Positions 38,313-49,151 of a DNA stretch of 64,000 nt are shown piece after piece (within the stretch, counting starts at the first letter, position 1; every line of letters begins with the position of its first letter). A program made the position numbers and the translations under genes. The notes under the pieces are model-generated. The model was not told where the DNA came from. It did not search any database and saw only the letters and a list, made by a program, of their open reading frames with translations. Source of the DNA: an uncultured delta proteobacterium (GTDB lineage: Bacteria > Myxococcota_A > Polyangia > Polyangiales > Polyangiaceae); assembly GCA_963696385.1 (NCBI GenBank), contig CAVOKF010000004.1, positions 1-64,000 on the forward strand. Reading direction: 5' to 3'.

Positions 38313-39798
38313 TGTGACGAGCGGCGAATCCGTGAACGTGAACAGCGTGGACGAGGTGCCCGATTCGGCCTGGTTCACCAACCGACTCGGTGTCCGCCCG
38401 ATGAGCCTCGAGGAGCTGCGGCTGAACGAGTGCAAGAAGGAAGTGCTCCTCGACCCGGATCACACCCCGGACGGTGGGTGGCTCATCGACCAGGGCAAGA
38501 CCAGCGGGTCGACGCCGGGCTTTCGCATGACCGTGCCCGGCAAGGGCAAGTTCCTGGTCAAGGTCGAGGCCACCGGGCTGCCCGAGCGCCAAGTGGCGGC
38601 CACGGTGATCGGCGAGGCCGTCTACTATGCCGTCGGCTACAACGCGACGTGCGAGCAGGCACTGTGGGTCCGACCGTCGATCTTCACCCTGAAACCGGGG
38701 TTGAAGGCCGCACACGGCAACTTCGGGGATTACTACGACTTCGACAAGAAGGCGCTCGACGATCTGTTCGCCAAGTCCAACAAGCACCGCGGGCTGCTTC
38801 GCATCAGCGCCTCCGCGTGGGTGCCGGGATATGTCCTGCAGCAGTTTCGCTACGAGGGGGTGCGAGGCGACGATCCCAACGACGTCATTGCGCATCAGGA
38901 TCGTCGCGAGCTTCGCGCCGCGCGACTGCTCACGGCGTGGATCGATCACTTCGATGCGCGCGAAGGCAATTCGCTCGACACCTGGTTCACCGAAGTGAAA
39001 GGCGGTCCGCCCGACGCGTCGCCCGGTCACGTCGTCCACCTTCAGATGGGCACGAGCGCCGCTCTTGGATCGGTGTGGGACTGGGACCCCATCTCACGAC
39101 GGCTCGGCTACGCCTACGTCGTCGATTGGGGGGACATCGCGGTGGATTTCTTCACGCTGGGGGCCACCACGCGCGTCTGGGAACAGATCCAGAAGGTCCC
39201 GGGCCATGAGATGTTCGGCTACTTCAACGTCAAAGACTTCGATCCCGAGCGGTGGAAAAACGAATACCCGAATCCGGCGTTCTCGCGGATGACCGAACGC
39301 GACGGCGCGTGGATGGCGCGCATCCTGGCGCGGTTCACGCCGCCCATGGTCCGAACCTTGGTCGAGATGGCGAAGCTCGACGACCCAGCCAACACCGATT
39401 ATTTGCAGAGCGTCCTCGACGGCCGGTTGGCCAAGATTGTCGATCGCTACCTCACGCGGGTGTCGCCAATCGCCCAGGTGCGGGTCGATGGGCCGAGCCG
39501 GCTCTGTGGAGTCGACCTCGCGGAGTGGCGCGGCTTGCGCGATCCGTGGGCGTTTCGCTACGAGGCGCGGCTCCTTTCCGGACCGTGGTTGAACGTGGAA
39601 AGGCAACCGGGGGCACAGATCTGCGTGACGCTGCCCCACGTGGCTGCGGACGGCGGTGTCCCGGACGACGCGCCCGCGCGCTACGTTCGCGTGCGCATCC
39701 AAGACGGGGTGGCCACCGGACCGCTCGTGGCGCATCTGTACGATTTGGGGCCGGTGCGGGGCTACCGCCTGGCCGGCCTCGAGCGGCCCGATCGGTGA
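38313..39798 (+). pseudogene. 5'-truncated paralog of the 40931-42670 kinase-like exported protein
   Basis: Begins near NVNSVDEVPDSAWF directly after A1; lacks the ~85-aa N-terminus of the paralog; an ATG inside A1 (38251) is in frame. Confidence 0.75.
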
Positions 39799-39897
39799 CA
39801 TCCCGGCACCCCCCGCGCGAGGCGATCCGATTTTGCCGGTGGGTGCGGGCGCCAAGAGCCGGCCCGCGAGGCGCGCGGGTGGGGGTGTTGGCCGCTC

Positions 39898-40767
39898 TCA
39901 GAATCGTCCCTGCAGCGTCAGCGAACCTCCTCCGGGCGCTGGCGCGACGCCCACCCATACGGCCGGAGCCTCCGCTTTGTGCCGATGAAGGTGCGGCACG
40001 AGAATCCCCACGGCCGATCCTGCTAACGATCCCGCAATGACGTCGCTCGGGAAGTGCTCGCCCGCGCGGACGCGCTCGTAGCTGACGAACGCGGTGAGCG
40101 CCGTGGCGATGCCGAGCGTGATCCACGGGCGAGGCGAGCGGGGCGATCGCACGAAGGCGAGGTACGTCGCCGTCGCGCCGATGGCCGAGACGCCTGCGGC
40201 GTGCCCGGAGAAGAAGGAAAGGCCGAGATCGGTGGAGTTGCAGCTGGCCGGCAGCGTGGTCGCGCCGTTCATCTCGCAGTTCTTGTAGTCGATGGGACGG
40301 GGCCGGCGAACGGCGATCTTGGTGATGTCCGTGAGTGTGAGCGCGAGCGATCCGGACTCCGCGTACATGAACGCGTCGACCAGCAATGCGTCGGTGCCGT
40401 CGCGAAAGCCCGACAGAACGGGATCGACCACCGCGAACCCGATGGCCGTATACAGGCCGATGTTCGAGTACGTCGCCGCGTGCGGATCGATCGTCTGCGT
40501 CACCGCGATTCGGTCGAAAAACAGAAGTTGGCTCACCGAGGCCGTCGGGACTGGGGGTTTGATCTCGCCGGTCCCGAGAACCAGCCCGAGCAAGCCCGCG
40601 AACCCGAAGCCCGTCACCGTCATCACGCCGTCGGAGACCGGGTCGAGGGAGAAGTGCTGTCCTTCCTCGAGGGGCGGGGAATCGGCCCGTGCGACGGACG
40701 CCGACAAGAGGACGGCTCCCAGAAAGCCCAGAGCCACCTGGCGTGACGATGTCGCAAACGTCCTCAT
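39898..40767 (-). CDS. PAP2 family phosphatase
   Basis: KIAVRRPRP, SFFSGH, ERVRAGEHFPSDV. Confidence 0.9.
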   Translation of the reverse strand: MRTFATSSRQVALGFLGAVLLSASVARADSPPLEEGQHFSLDPVSDGVMTVTGFGFAGLLGLVLGTGEIKPPVPTASVSQLLFFDRIAVTQTIDPHAATYSNIGLYTAIGFAVVDPVLSGFRDGTDALLVDAFMYAESGSLALTLTDITKIAVRRPRPIDYKNCEMNGATTLPASCNSTDLGLSFFSGHAAGVSAIGATATYLAFVRSPRSPRPWITLGIATALTAFVSYERVRAGEHFPSDVIAGSLAGSAVGILVPHLHRHKAEAPAVWVGVAPAPGGGSLTLQGRF

Positions 40768-40930
40768 GGTGCTTGAGACGCTGGCGGCACCGGATTGTGA
40801 CGTCTCCGAAAGCCAATCGTGTGCCCACCCGATGGGCACGACGATCGCCTGCACCGCGTGACGCGCCGGCCGCACCGCGCCTCGCGCCGGACGCGAGCGG
40901 CCGCGTCCGATCTCGGCGAGGCGGGACACC

Positions 40931-42670
40931 TCAGGGCTCCGGCCGCTCCACCCCCGCGAGAAAGTACCCGCGTTTTGGGCCGAGATCGTACAAGGCCGCA
41001 ATGAGCGGCGCCTTCGCGACACCGTCGTCGAGGATCACTCGAACATACCGCGCGGGGGACGCGTCGGGCGGACCCCCGTCTCCGGCCACGTGCGGCAGAC
41101 GGACGCAGATTTCGCCGCCGCCATGCAACTCGACCGGCAGCAGGGCCCCGTTCGGCGCGCGGGCGGTGTAACGGAAGCGCGTGACATCGCACACGGCGCG
41201 CGCCTCGGCCAGGTCGACTCCGCAGAGCCGGTCGAGGCCTTCGACGCGCAGCTCGCCAATCGGCGAAAGCCGTGTCAGATACCGTTCGAGGATCCGTTCG
41301 AGCCGTCCTTCGAGCACGCGCACGAGATGCTGCGTGTTTCTCGGATCCGTGAAACGTGCCATCCCGGCAAACGCGCAAACCGCCTCGGGCGTGAAGCGCG
41401 CCAGGATACGAGCCATCCATGCCCCGTCGCGCTCGGTCATGCGGCTGAATGCCGGGTTCGGATACTGCATCCTCCATTGGTCGGGCACGAAGCTTCGGAC
41501 GTCGAAATTCCGGAACAGCTCGAATCCGGGATCGCCGAGCGGTCGATCCCAAGGGCGTGCCGGAATTCCGAGCGCCAAGAAGTCGGCTGCCATGTCGCCC
41601 CAGTCGACGATATACGCGTAGCCGAGCCGTTCGGTCACCGGTACGTGCCCGTAGTCGGGGCCGAGCGCATCGCTCCAGTCCAAATAGTAATGAACGACGT
41701 GACCCGGCGATCCGTCCGAAGCGACGTTCGGGTCGGCAAACCAAGAGTCCATGCTGTTGGCGTCCCGAGAGTCCCAATGATCGATCCACGCGGCGAGCAA
41801 GCGCGTGGCCCGCAGTTCCCTTCGATTCTCGTGGGCGATCACGTCGTTCGGGTCGTCCGGTCTCGTCCCGTCGTAATGAAAGGGGCCCAGAAGGTGCCCC
41901 GGAATCCATGCCGAGGCGCTCATCCTCACGAGCCCGCCACGCCGCGCGCAAGCCGCCAGGACCTGGTCGAGCGCTTTCGCGTCGAAGTCCTTTTCGTCTT
42001 CCAAAGTGCTGTGCCGGAAATGGAGGCCGGGGCTGAGCTTGAGCGCCGACGGCTTGAAGTACACGACTTGCTCGCAGCTCGCGTTGAAGCCGGCGGCGTC
42101 GTAAATCGCGGCGCCCACCACGGTCGCCGCGGTCGCAAGCTCGGGCTGCGCGGTCCCGTCGGCCTTGAACAGGTACTTGCCTTTGCCGGGGATGTTCACC
42201 CGAAACCCCGGAGTCGCGCCGTCCATTTTGCCACGGTCGATGACCCAGAGGCCGTCGGGCGGGTCCTCGGCGATCAGCAAGGACCGGTCGCACGCACCGA
42301 TCGGCACATCGCCCGGGCCCGGAAGGTGGCCGCCGCGCCGATTCGTGAACCACGCCGAATCGGGCACTTCGTCGACGCTGTTGACGTTCGTGGCCTCTCT
42401 CGCGACGGCCAGGGCGAGCGCGTCGGACATGGGGCGGAGCAGGACGTGATCCATGGCCGTCCAGATCTCGGGCACATCGATCGGCACCGGGGCACAAGAG
42501 ACGTGCCGTGGATCGCGCGCCGTGGGCTGGAGGCGGCAGGGCAGCGTTACGGACTGGAGATCCGAGTCTCTGTCCATCGGGGGGCGCAGCGCAAAGCGTC
42601 GCTCGGTCGGCATGCACGCCGACAGAGCGAGCGCCACGCACGCGAAGCGGACTTCATTCACGTTCGACAT
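40931..42670 (-). CDS. Exported lipoprotein, possible atypical kinase-like fold
   Basis: Lipobox LSAC; GATPGF...YLFKAD...PELATAA; HENRRELR...HWDSRDANSMD. Confidence 0.6.
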   Translation of the reverse strand: MSNVNEVRFACVALALSACMPTERRFALRPPMDRDSDLQSVTLPCRLQPTARDPRHVSCAPVPIDVPEIWTAMDHVLLRPMSDALALAVAREATNVNSVDEVPDSAWFTNRRGGHLPGPGDVPIGACDRSLLIAEDPPDGLWVIDRGKMDGATPGFRVNIPGKGKYLFKADGTAQPELATAATVVGAAIYDAAGFNASCEQVVYFKPSALKLSPGLHFRHSTLEDEKDFDAKALDQVLAACARRGGLVRMSASAWIPGHLLGPFHYDGTRPDDPNDVIAHENRRELRATRLLAAWIDHWDSRDANSMDSWFADPNVASDGSPGHVVHYYLDWSDALGPDYGHVPVTERLGYAYIVDWGDMAADFLALGIPARPWDRPLGDPGFELFRNFDVRSFVPDQWRMQYPNPAFSRMTERDGAWMARILARFTPEAVCAFAGMARFTDPRNTQHLVRVLEGRLERILERYLTRLSPIGELRVEGLDRLCGVDLAEARAVCDVTRFRYTARAPNGALLPVELHGGGEICVRLPHVAGDGGPPDASPARYVRVILDDGVAKAPLIAALYDLGPKRGYFLAGVERPEP

Positions 42671-42713
42671 GATGCCCGAAGGGGCCGCTTCGTGACGATG
42701 CGGTAGCGACGCT

Positions 42714-42823
42714 CAAATCGGTTCGCCGATTCAGCGATAACGAACGCCCCTAAGACGCGATATGTTTCCGCGCCCGCTTCCGCGGCTCTTCGTCGACCGA
42801 CGCACTTTGGGCTTACTACTCGC
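42714..42823 (+). repeat. ~110-bp dif-like element, copy A2 (identical to A1)
   Basis: Direct sequence comparison. Confidence 0.9.
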
Positions 42824-43231
42824 TCCCGACGATGACGAGACCGACCGCTGCGACGAGTCCGACCACGACCATGATCGGGTTGTCCAGTGCGGCGCCACAC
42901 CCTCCCAGCATCACGATCCCGCCGAAGAAATAGCAGCCGTTGCGGATCAGCTTCCGTTGCTCCGTGTTCATCGGCCCTCCGAAACGATGCCAACGCTTAT
43001 CGTCGGCCTTGTCAACGGCGGCAGATGCGGGCGCGGGGACCCGAGGTTGGCACCCGCGTGCCCCGTCCACTCGCACGCGCGGCACGCCAGCGAGCAACTT
43101 GCGAACGACAACAGCCGGTCCACTTCGGCAGAGTACGCGTTGCCGCGATTATCGCGCGCGTCGTCCGCCACGCGCCCTCCGCCAGTCATCGCCGTTGACG
43201 TCGCCCGGGCGATCGGCCGACCATTGGGGCG

Positions 43232-44464
43232 ATGGGGGATGAGGAGAGGCGAACGGTTTGGATCCTTGGCGCGGGCTTCAGTCGATCGCTCGGCGGCCCG
43301 CTATTGCCCGACCTGCTTTCATCGGCGACGAATAATTTCGTTTCCTCTCTCTATCATAAAAACAAATTCATTGGGGGCCCCCCCGAGGAGCCCGATGACG
43401 TGTACCGCCGCGCGGCCCTCGCGGTGCGCCGCTTGTACGATAAATACGGGGACACAGCTGACCCCGGAATCCGCTTATGGGAGAATGCGGAAGAGTTTTT
43501 AGACCAGCTAGACGCCGCGGCCGAAAACGAGAGCGCTGCCAGTCGGATTTTCCGACCGATGACCTCCGAGCTCAATAATGCCCCCTGGATTTCCGGAGTG
43601 GAGACCCCGGACCTGCGCGACGCGGCGCGACGGCTCGTTGCCGCAGCGTGTTGCGCGTTCCTGCACGGTGCGAATACGAATGAAGAACGCTGGCAGCCGT
43701 ACCAGGCGTGGGCCGCCGACCTAACGTCGTCGGACACGGTCGTGACGTTCAATTACGACCGGGTGTTGGAAACCCTCGGAGGGTTTGACGTCGTGGTGCC
43801 TGCGCCGCCGGAGGTACTCACCTCGCAGGTCGTCCCGCTCGTGCCGCCGCTAGGCGCTAAGCCGAAAGTCTTCAAGCTACACGGCAGCGTCGATTGGCGC
43901 CGTGAACTAGAGAAGCCGGTAAGATACTTGCTAGCGTCGCCCGAATACGCTCTTGAATGCGATGGCGTAAACATCGGAATCGCTACACCGGGCCCAACTA
44001 AGCGTCTAGCGACTCAGGAATTGAGCCGATTGTGGACCGATGCGTGTGAGCATATTCAGCGAGCCGAGGTAATTGTCTTCGTTGGGTACCGCTTCCCGCG
44101 AACCGATGCGGAAGCACGCGGAACGCTTTTGAAGGCGATCAGGGAAAACAAGTCCCCTCATCTCGAGTTGCACATCGTGCTCGGTCCGGATCGGCGAATC
44201 CCGGACGTCGTCCGGCTTCAACAGCTGCTCCGCTACAGAATGGCGAGCGCGGGCCGGAAGGGGCAACGAGTTTTGCCCCCAAGCGCCCAGAGGATGACTG
44301 CCGCGAAGCCCGCAAACGAGACGCGAAATGATTTTCGGCTAATGACCCACGCCCTCTATGCGGAGGACTTCTTCACCGTGTGGGATCGCGACGTCTTGTG
44401 GCCCCCATCAGAGGGGGTAAGCTCAAACGATCGTGTGACCATCGAGCCGTTGCCGCCCGACTGA
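43232..44464 (+). CDS. SIR2-like domain protein (putative NADase defence effector)
   Basis: WILGAGFS, VTFNYD, FKLHGSVDW, IVFVGYRF. Confidence 0.85.
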   Translation: MGDEERRTVWILGAGFSRSLGGPLLPDLLSSATNNFVSSLYHKNKFIGGPPEEPDDVYRRAALAVRRLYDKYGDTADPGIRLWENAEEFLDQLDAAAENESAASRIFRPMTSELNNAPWISGVETPDLRDAARRLVAAACCAFLHGANTNEERWQPYQAWAADLTSSDTVVTFNYDRVLETLGGFDVVVPAPPEVLTSQVVPLVPPLGAKPKVFKLHGSVDWRRELEKPVRYLLASPEYALECDGVNIGIATPGPTKRLATQELSRLWTDACEHIQRAEVIVFVGYRFPRTDAEARGTLLKAIRENKSPHLELHIVLGPDRRIPDVVRLQQLLRYRMASAGRKGQRVLPPSAQRMTAAKPANETRNDFRLMTHALYAEDFFTVWDRDVLWPPSEGVSSNDRVTIEPLPPD

Positions 44465-44477
44465 CGGTGTCCGGGCG

Positions 44478-44566
44478 GCGAGTAGGCGGCGCAAAGCTTG
44501 TCGGCCGACGAAGAGACGCGGAAACCGCCGCGGTCACATAAAAGGCCTTTGGGGCGCTCGTTGTCA
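44478..44566 (-). repeat. dif-like element, inverted partial copy B1
   Basis: Reverse complement TGACAACGAGCGCCCCAAA-GGCCTT-TTATGTGACCG...CCTACTCGC. Confidence 0.85.
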
Positions 44567-44876
44567 TTGAAAGCGCCGTCCCAATTGAGCGCACGGAAAT
44601 CGTCCCCTTTGGCAACGACATCCTGGCCGGCACGCCCCGGGCGATGCCCTACAGCGGGGTAAGCCGGATGAAGTTTCAGGCGAATGCCGTGGCTGGCCGA
44701 AAGGAGAAGTCTGTCTTGAAGCCCAACTGCACGTTGAGTCTCGTCCCCTCGCCCGAGGGCGTTCTCGCTCGCTGCTCGGAGAAAAGCACCTCGTCGCACT
44801 TGACGGTCACCGATTTGGCTCGTTCTTCGGTGTTGTTGGATGGCGAAGCGCAAGCAAATTCAATCGACCCGGGACT

Positions 44877-46058
44877 TCACTGGCATTCAGCTGAGTTCGG
44901 AGGATTTGCGCCGGTCGCGCTGTAGGACGCACATATGGCCGCTGAGAACGCGCCCGTCACATGGTCAACTTTGACGGTGTTGATTATGTTCTGCGCATTC
45001 CAGGGGCTTAAATTCAGATCGAAGGTCCCTATGATTTCCGATGCCGTTACAGTTGAGACTGTGACGGTACCGCTTACGGACTGCTCGCATGCCGTTGGAT
45101 TGTCGCTTTGGTCGTAGGCGGCACCGTAAAACGCCCCCGCTCCTATCGTCGCCCCCGCTGAGGTTAGGACGTCGAACGTGCCTGGCGTCAACGATGAGTT
45201 TGTTACAATGTCGAGGTACAAGACAGTTTGGTTGGGGGAGGGCCCGCTGTCGTCTTCCGTCCAGGCGTTTCCAGGTCCGCCATCTGGGTTTAATGCGCAT
45301 AAGTCGGCGAGGTTTGCGATGGATACGTTGGAGAGAACGATGCTCGTCACGTTGGTATCGGGAGCTAACCCGGGATTCCCCACGGGGACATTGCCGGCGA
45401 AGGCACTCTGGATGATCAACTCCTGCCCGCCGATCGTGCCAGTAGCGCTGTTCGCGGAGGCTTCGCTCGATCCGTCGGATGCATCGGCGGCATCCGGTCC
45501 TGCGTCACAATTCGGCTCCAGAATGTACGAACATTCGCCGCTGCTCGGAATGCACGAGCCCGGCGTCAATTCGCAAGTCGTTGGCGGAGTCACGCACGCG
45601 GTGGATCCCCCTGTCGCTGTCGTGCAGCCCCCGCACGGATCCTTTACTGTGCAGGTAGTCGCCTCACCATCCGCGTCGCTGGCGTCCGGGGTGCCATCGA
45701 TTACATCGGGCTCGATTACGTCCAATACAGTCGCATCGCGATTGGCGTCTGCTTCCCCGTCTGTGTCCCCATCTGCTTCGCCGTCCGTCGTTGCATCCTT
45801 GCCCCCGTCCAATTCACTCGACAACGAGCTTGAACTGGTCGTTGAGCTTGAACTCGACGACGAGCTTGAAGGTTCAGGGGGCGGCGGAGGCGAAGGGCTT
45901 CCGCAAGCAGCTAGGACCTCAAAATGTGTGGTCACGACCGCGAGTGCGGCGATTCGCCACGGTTCCAGCCTCACGAAATGCCTCCCGCTGGAGCTATCGA
46001 CGCGGAAAACCGACATTGGCGCCAAGATCGCACAAAGTGGACCAGGCTCAGGTGGCAC
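44877..46058 (-). CDS. Hypothetical lipoprotein, Ser/Asp-rich linker and Cys-rich region
   Basis: LAAC lipobox, poly-Ser, DAG repeats; visibly more AT-rich than the flanks. Confidence 0.55.
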   Translation of the reverse strand: MPPEPGPLCAILAPMSVFRVDSSSGRHFVRLEPWRIAALAVVTTHFEVLAACGSPSPPPPPEPSSSSSSSSSTTSSSSLSSELDGGKDATTDGEADGDTDGEADANRDATVLDVIEPDVIDGTPDASDADGEATTCTVKDPCGGCTTATGGSTACVTPPTTCELTPGSCIPSSGECSYILEPNCDAGPDAADASDGSSEASANSATGTIGGQELIIQSAFAGNVPVGNPGLAPDTNVTSIVLSNVSIANLADLCALNPDGGPGNAWTEDDSGPSPNQTVLYLDIVTNSSLTPGTFDVLTSAGATIGAGAFYGAAYDQSDNPTACEQSVSGTVTVSTVTASEIIGTFDLNLSPWNAQNIINTVKVDHVTGAFSAAICASYSATGANPPNSAECQ

Positions 46059-46442
46059 GCTTGCAACAAAATAAGTTCAACAATATTGGAAAAATCGTGC
46101 GAGCTCAGACTTCAGACGGTCCGAGAGCGGACTTGGCGGAGCCTGAATGTGGCACACAAAGCTACATGTGGCGCTGGGCGCTACCTTGTGGCTCCGTGCA
46201 CCACACGTGTGCGGGGGGGCAGTGTCCGCTACCTGGCTTTGATCGGCCACATTCCCCGCTGTACTTCGGGCATGTATCCGTTTCGTACGGCTCCCGAGCT
46301 CTCCCAGGCCATCCCCGGCCCCCCTGTCCTGGCTCCTTGGGCTGTCCGCCGGCTTCAGGCAGCGGCGCAATAGTCATGATGAAGGCCGCCGAGCACGGGG
46401 ATGGCCTCGACCGGGCCAGCATACTTGGCCAAACGGGACTCT

Positions 46443-46563
46443 CAAATCGGTTCGCCGATTCAGCGATAACGAACGCCCCTAAGACGCGATTAAGACGCGA
46501 TATGTTTCCGCGGTGGCTTCCGCGTCTCTTCGTCGACCGACGTGCTTTGGGCTTACTACTCGC
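46443..46563 (+). repeat. dif-like element, copy A3 with an 11-bp internal duplication
   Basis: TAAGACGCGAT is tandemly duplicated in the core. Confidence 0.9.
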
Positions 46564-46640
46564 CAGCGAGCTGCCGTGCTGCTCGTCGAGCGGCTTGCAA
46601 ACCTGCTTGCCACGTCCCCGGACCTGCCGGAGCTACGACC

Positions 46641-47420
46641 GTGACGGTCTTGCGAAACGGCAAAGCGCCGCGCTGGAGCGAGCACGAGGCGTCGAGTGAG
46701 CACTTCGTCGGCGGCATCTCGCCCCTCTGGATGTTCGACTACCAGCTTCAGGGGCTCTTCTCAGTCGTGGAACTCGCGCGAGCCAGGAGTCGAGAGGAGC
46801 CCCACCTCTACGGCGACGTTCTGCGGCGCGCCGCGGAAGTGGCGCTCATCGGCGCGCTCGGCTTCTTCGAGGCGTTTTGCAAACACCAGTTTGCGGCGCT
46901 TTTGACGCTGCATGCCCCTCTGCTCGTCGACTTCGCCAACCGGCGTCAGGAGGCGAGCCTCCGGCTCTCGGCACTCGCTTCAGCCGCCGGAGAACTCGAC
47001 GTCAAGATCGGCTTCATCGTCGCCGAGTCGTACGACTTCGGATCGGCCAAGCAAATCAATGGACTCTTCCGCGATCTCCTCGAGTGCTCGCCGTTGCCGA
47101 AAGATGAGGGGGACGAGCTCGACGCCATCCTTCGCAAGCGCCACCTCATCGTGCACCACGGCGGTATTGTTACAACTGAATCGGCTCGGGCAAAGGCACC
47201 GGTCCTTCCGTCTGGCCAGGCGTTTCGAGACGTCGTCGGGGTCGAGCCCGACGAGTACCACGACATCGCGGACTTCCTGCGGCTCTCGGCCGTCAAGGTA
47301 GCCGTCTGCACGGTGCAAGCCCTCAAGCGTCGCACGCGCGACCTATCTGATCTTGCCGTCGACCGACAGCAAGACGTGGAGCTTCTGCTCAGGGCCGTGT
47401 GGCATCAGCTCGACGCGTGA
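46641..47420 (+). CDS. HEPN-domain protein (putative RNase)
   Basis: FFEAFCK helix, FGSAKQINGLF, RHLIVH (RxxxxH); start approximate. Confidence 0.65.
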   Translation: MTVLRNGKAPRWSEHEASSEHFVGGISPLWMFDYQLQGLFSVVELARARSREEPHLYGDVLRRAAEVALIGALGFFEAFCKHQFAALLTLHAPLLVDFANRRQEASLRLSALASAAGELDVKIGFIVAESYDFGSAKQINGLFRDLLECSPLPKDEGDELDAILRKRHLIVHHGGIVTTESARAKAPVLPSGQAFRDVVGVEPDEYHDIADFLRLSAVKVAVCTVQALKRRTRDLSDLAVDRQQDVELLLRAVWHQLDA

Positions 47421-47449
47421 ACGAGCCCCCTCGACCTTTGGGCCCTGCT

Positions 47450-47683
47450 CTACTTGCGTCGCTTTCGTCCAGGGCCTGCAGGCCATGAAACCTGCTTGGA
47501 GCGTTCGAGCCATCCCTCGGTGACGGCCTCGCGCACCTTCACCCGCAGAAGCTCCTCGGCGGCCTCGGTGCGGTTCTTTCCGAACAGGCCGGTCTGCACC
47601 AGTGCGTCGAGCGCCGAGAGCACCTCGGGCGTCGTCGACAGGTGCAGTTTCTTGGTCCCGACCGAGTTGGGCCCGCGTGCCAT
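47450..47683 (-). CDS. Small ribbon-helix-helix-like regulator
   Basis: LHLSTTPEVLSALDALVQTGLFGKNRTEAAEELLR. Confidence 0.6.
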   Translation of the reverse strand: MARGPNSVGTKKLHLSTTPEVLSALDALVQTGLFGKNRTEAAEELLRVKVREAVTEGWLERSKQVSWPAGPGRKRRK

Positions 47684-47715
47684 GATCCAAGTAGATCCTG
47701 ATCTAGGATCTTGAT

Positions 47716-48163
47716 ATGCTCAAGCCCGTGAGCGCCGATTTGGCCGGCCAGAGGGTCGGATCCCTCGACGATGCGCGGACTGCGTTGGTGCTGCCGCCAC
47801 GTCCCGAACCGCGATCTGCGCGCAGAACGCTGCGCGTCGGCAGCCGCACGCTCACCGTCACGCCGGTCTTCGACACGTACTGGCGCTTCGCCTGCCAGCG
47901 GCAGGAGGTCTTCCACCGGCGAGCCGCGGGCGACCCCCCCGCCGTGGACGGACGATCCCATTCTTGGCGGGCACCGTTTCACGAATGCCTACCGCGCTTC
48001 GGATCGGGTGAGCCAGTTCCTCATCCGCCACGTGCTCTACGCCGGCAGTCAGGACGAAGAGGAGGTTTTCTTCCGTTGCCTGCTCTTCAAGATTTTTAAC
48101 CGGATCGATACGTGGGAGCACCTTAGGCTTCACGTCGGCGAGGTGCGCTGGAACAGCTACTCT
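47716..48163 (+). pseudogene. 3'-truncated DNA base-hypermodification (aGPT-Pplase1/5hmdU-kinase-associated-like) gene
   Basis: FDTYWRFACQRQEVF...PWTDDPIL...FTNAYRASDRVSQFLI...LLFKIFNRIDTW; cut at element A4; frameshift in a C-run at ~47935. Confidence 0.7.
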
Positions 48164-48210
48164 CAAATCGGTTCGCCGCTCGGTGACAACGGAAGCCCCT
48201 AAGACGCGAT
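48164..48210 (+). repeat. dif-like element, left-half copy A4, interrupted by IS4
   Basis: CAAATCGGTTCGCC...GAAGCCCCTAA-GACGCG-AT, then IS sequence. Confidence 0.85.
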
Positions 48211-48591
48211 CATAGGTAGGATCTTTATTTCCCGAGTGATCTCGATCACTTACGTGCATAGTGCACGAATTGGGTAGTCAAAGGCATCGGGGATTCTCTA
48301 GACGCTGTTGTGAGACAACGCGAAAGGAGACCCCCGATGCACGGATCAAACAGTACACGCGCCGGAGTCGGCGTGTATGCGAAACGGCTTACGGAAGTAC
48401 TCGGCGAGGAGCAGGTGACCGCGATCGCGAGACGTAGCGGCTGGCTACGGCGAGTGCGCAAGGTGATGCCGCTGGCGATGGTCGTGGCGGTGCTGTCGAC
48501 GCTCGGGTCGGGCCACGCCAAGTGGTTGGCCGATATTCTGCGGACGTTCCGGAAATTCGCGGGCCTTTCGCTGCGATATAAGCCCTTTCAC
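48211..48591 (+). mobile_element. IS4-family left end and transposase 5' fragment
   Basis: CATAG start; ORF from 48337 with IARRSGWLRRVRK...LADILRTF...YKPFH; cut at A5. Confidence 0.65.
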
Positions 48592-48702
48592 CAAATCGGT
48601 TCGCCGATTCAGCGATAACGAACGCCCCTAAGACGCGATATGTTTCCGCGGGGTCGTCCGCGGCTCTTCGTCGACCGACGCACTTTTGGGCTTACTACTC
48701 GC
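48592..48702 (+). repeat. dif-like element, copy A5
   Basis: Near-identical to A1. Confidence 0.9.
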
Positions 48703-49034
48703 CGAACAGAATCCACGGGCGGTCGAGACTATGCTTCGTGAGCAGCGCGACCACGTCGGTGCATTTGCTTCAGCTTCAGCGCAGCCATGATCGCCTGATA
48801 CCACTCGCTGCCGTACTCGATGCCCGTGTTGCCTTTCTTATCCGAAGACCGGAACGACTTCAGATTGCCGCCGCTTGCGTCGGTGAGCAGGTTGCTGAAC
48901 GCCTCGGCCAGCTTCGCGTCGCGGCTGTCGTGGCTGATGAACACAAGCGGCTTGGAGGACTGAACGAGCGACGATTCGCCGTTCGCCGCCTCGTTTGTCT
49001 TCCCGTTTCCCGCTTCCTGCTTCCGCTTCGCCAT
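48703..49034 (-). pseudogene. 3'-truncated TIR-domain gene
   Basis: VFISHDSRD, FRSSD...GIEYGSEW, DVVALLTKHSLDRPWILF cut at A5 just before the catalytic Glu; one frameshift. Confidence 0.75.
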
Positions 49035-49151
49035 GCCCGCCGCCCCCGGGTGCCGTGATCCCGCACGATCGCACAACCGGACGCATCGGGTAAGCCCTGG
49101 CCAAGATCGGTTCTCGGCATACCCGTCAAGTGTTCAGTATGCTCCCGCCAA

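Noticed and set aside
46320..46441. End of an integrase-core (rve) IS-like element cut by A3
   Set aside because: TCAGGCAGCGGCGCAATAGTCATGATGAAGGCCGCCGAGCAC is reminiscent of such ends, but no transposase sequence remains to support the call.
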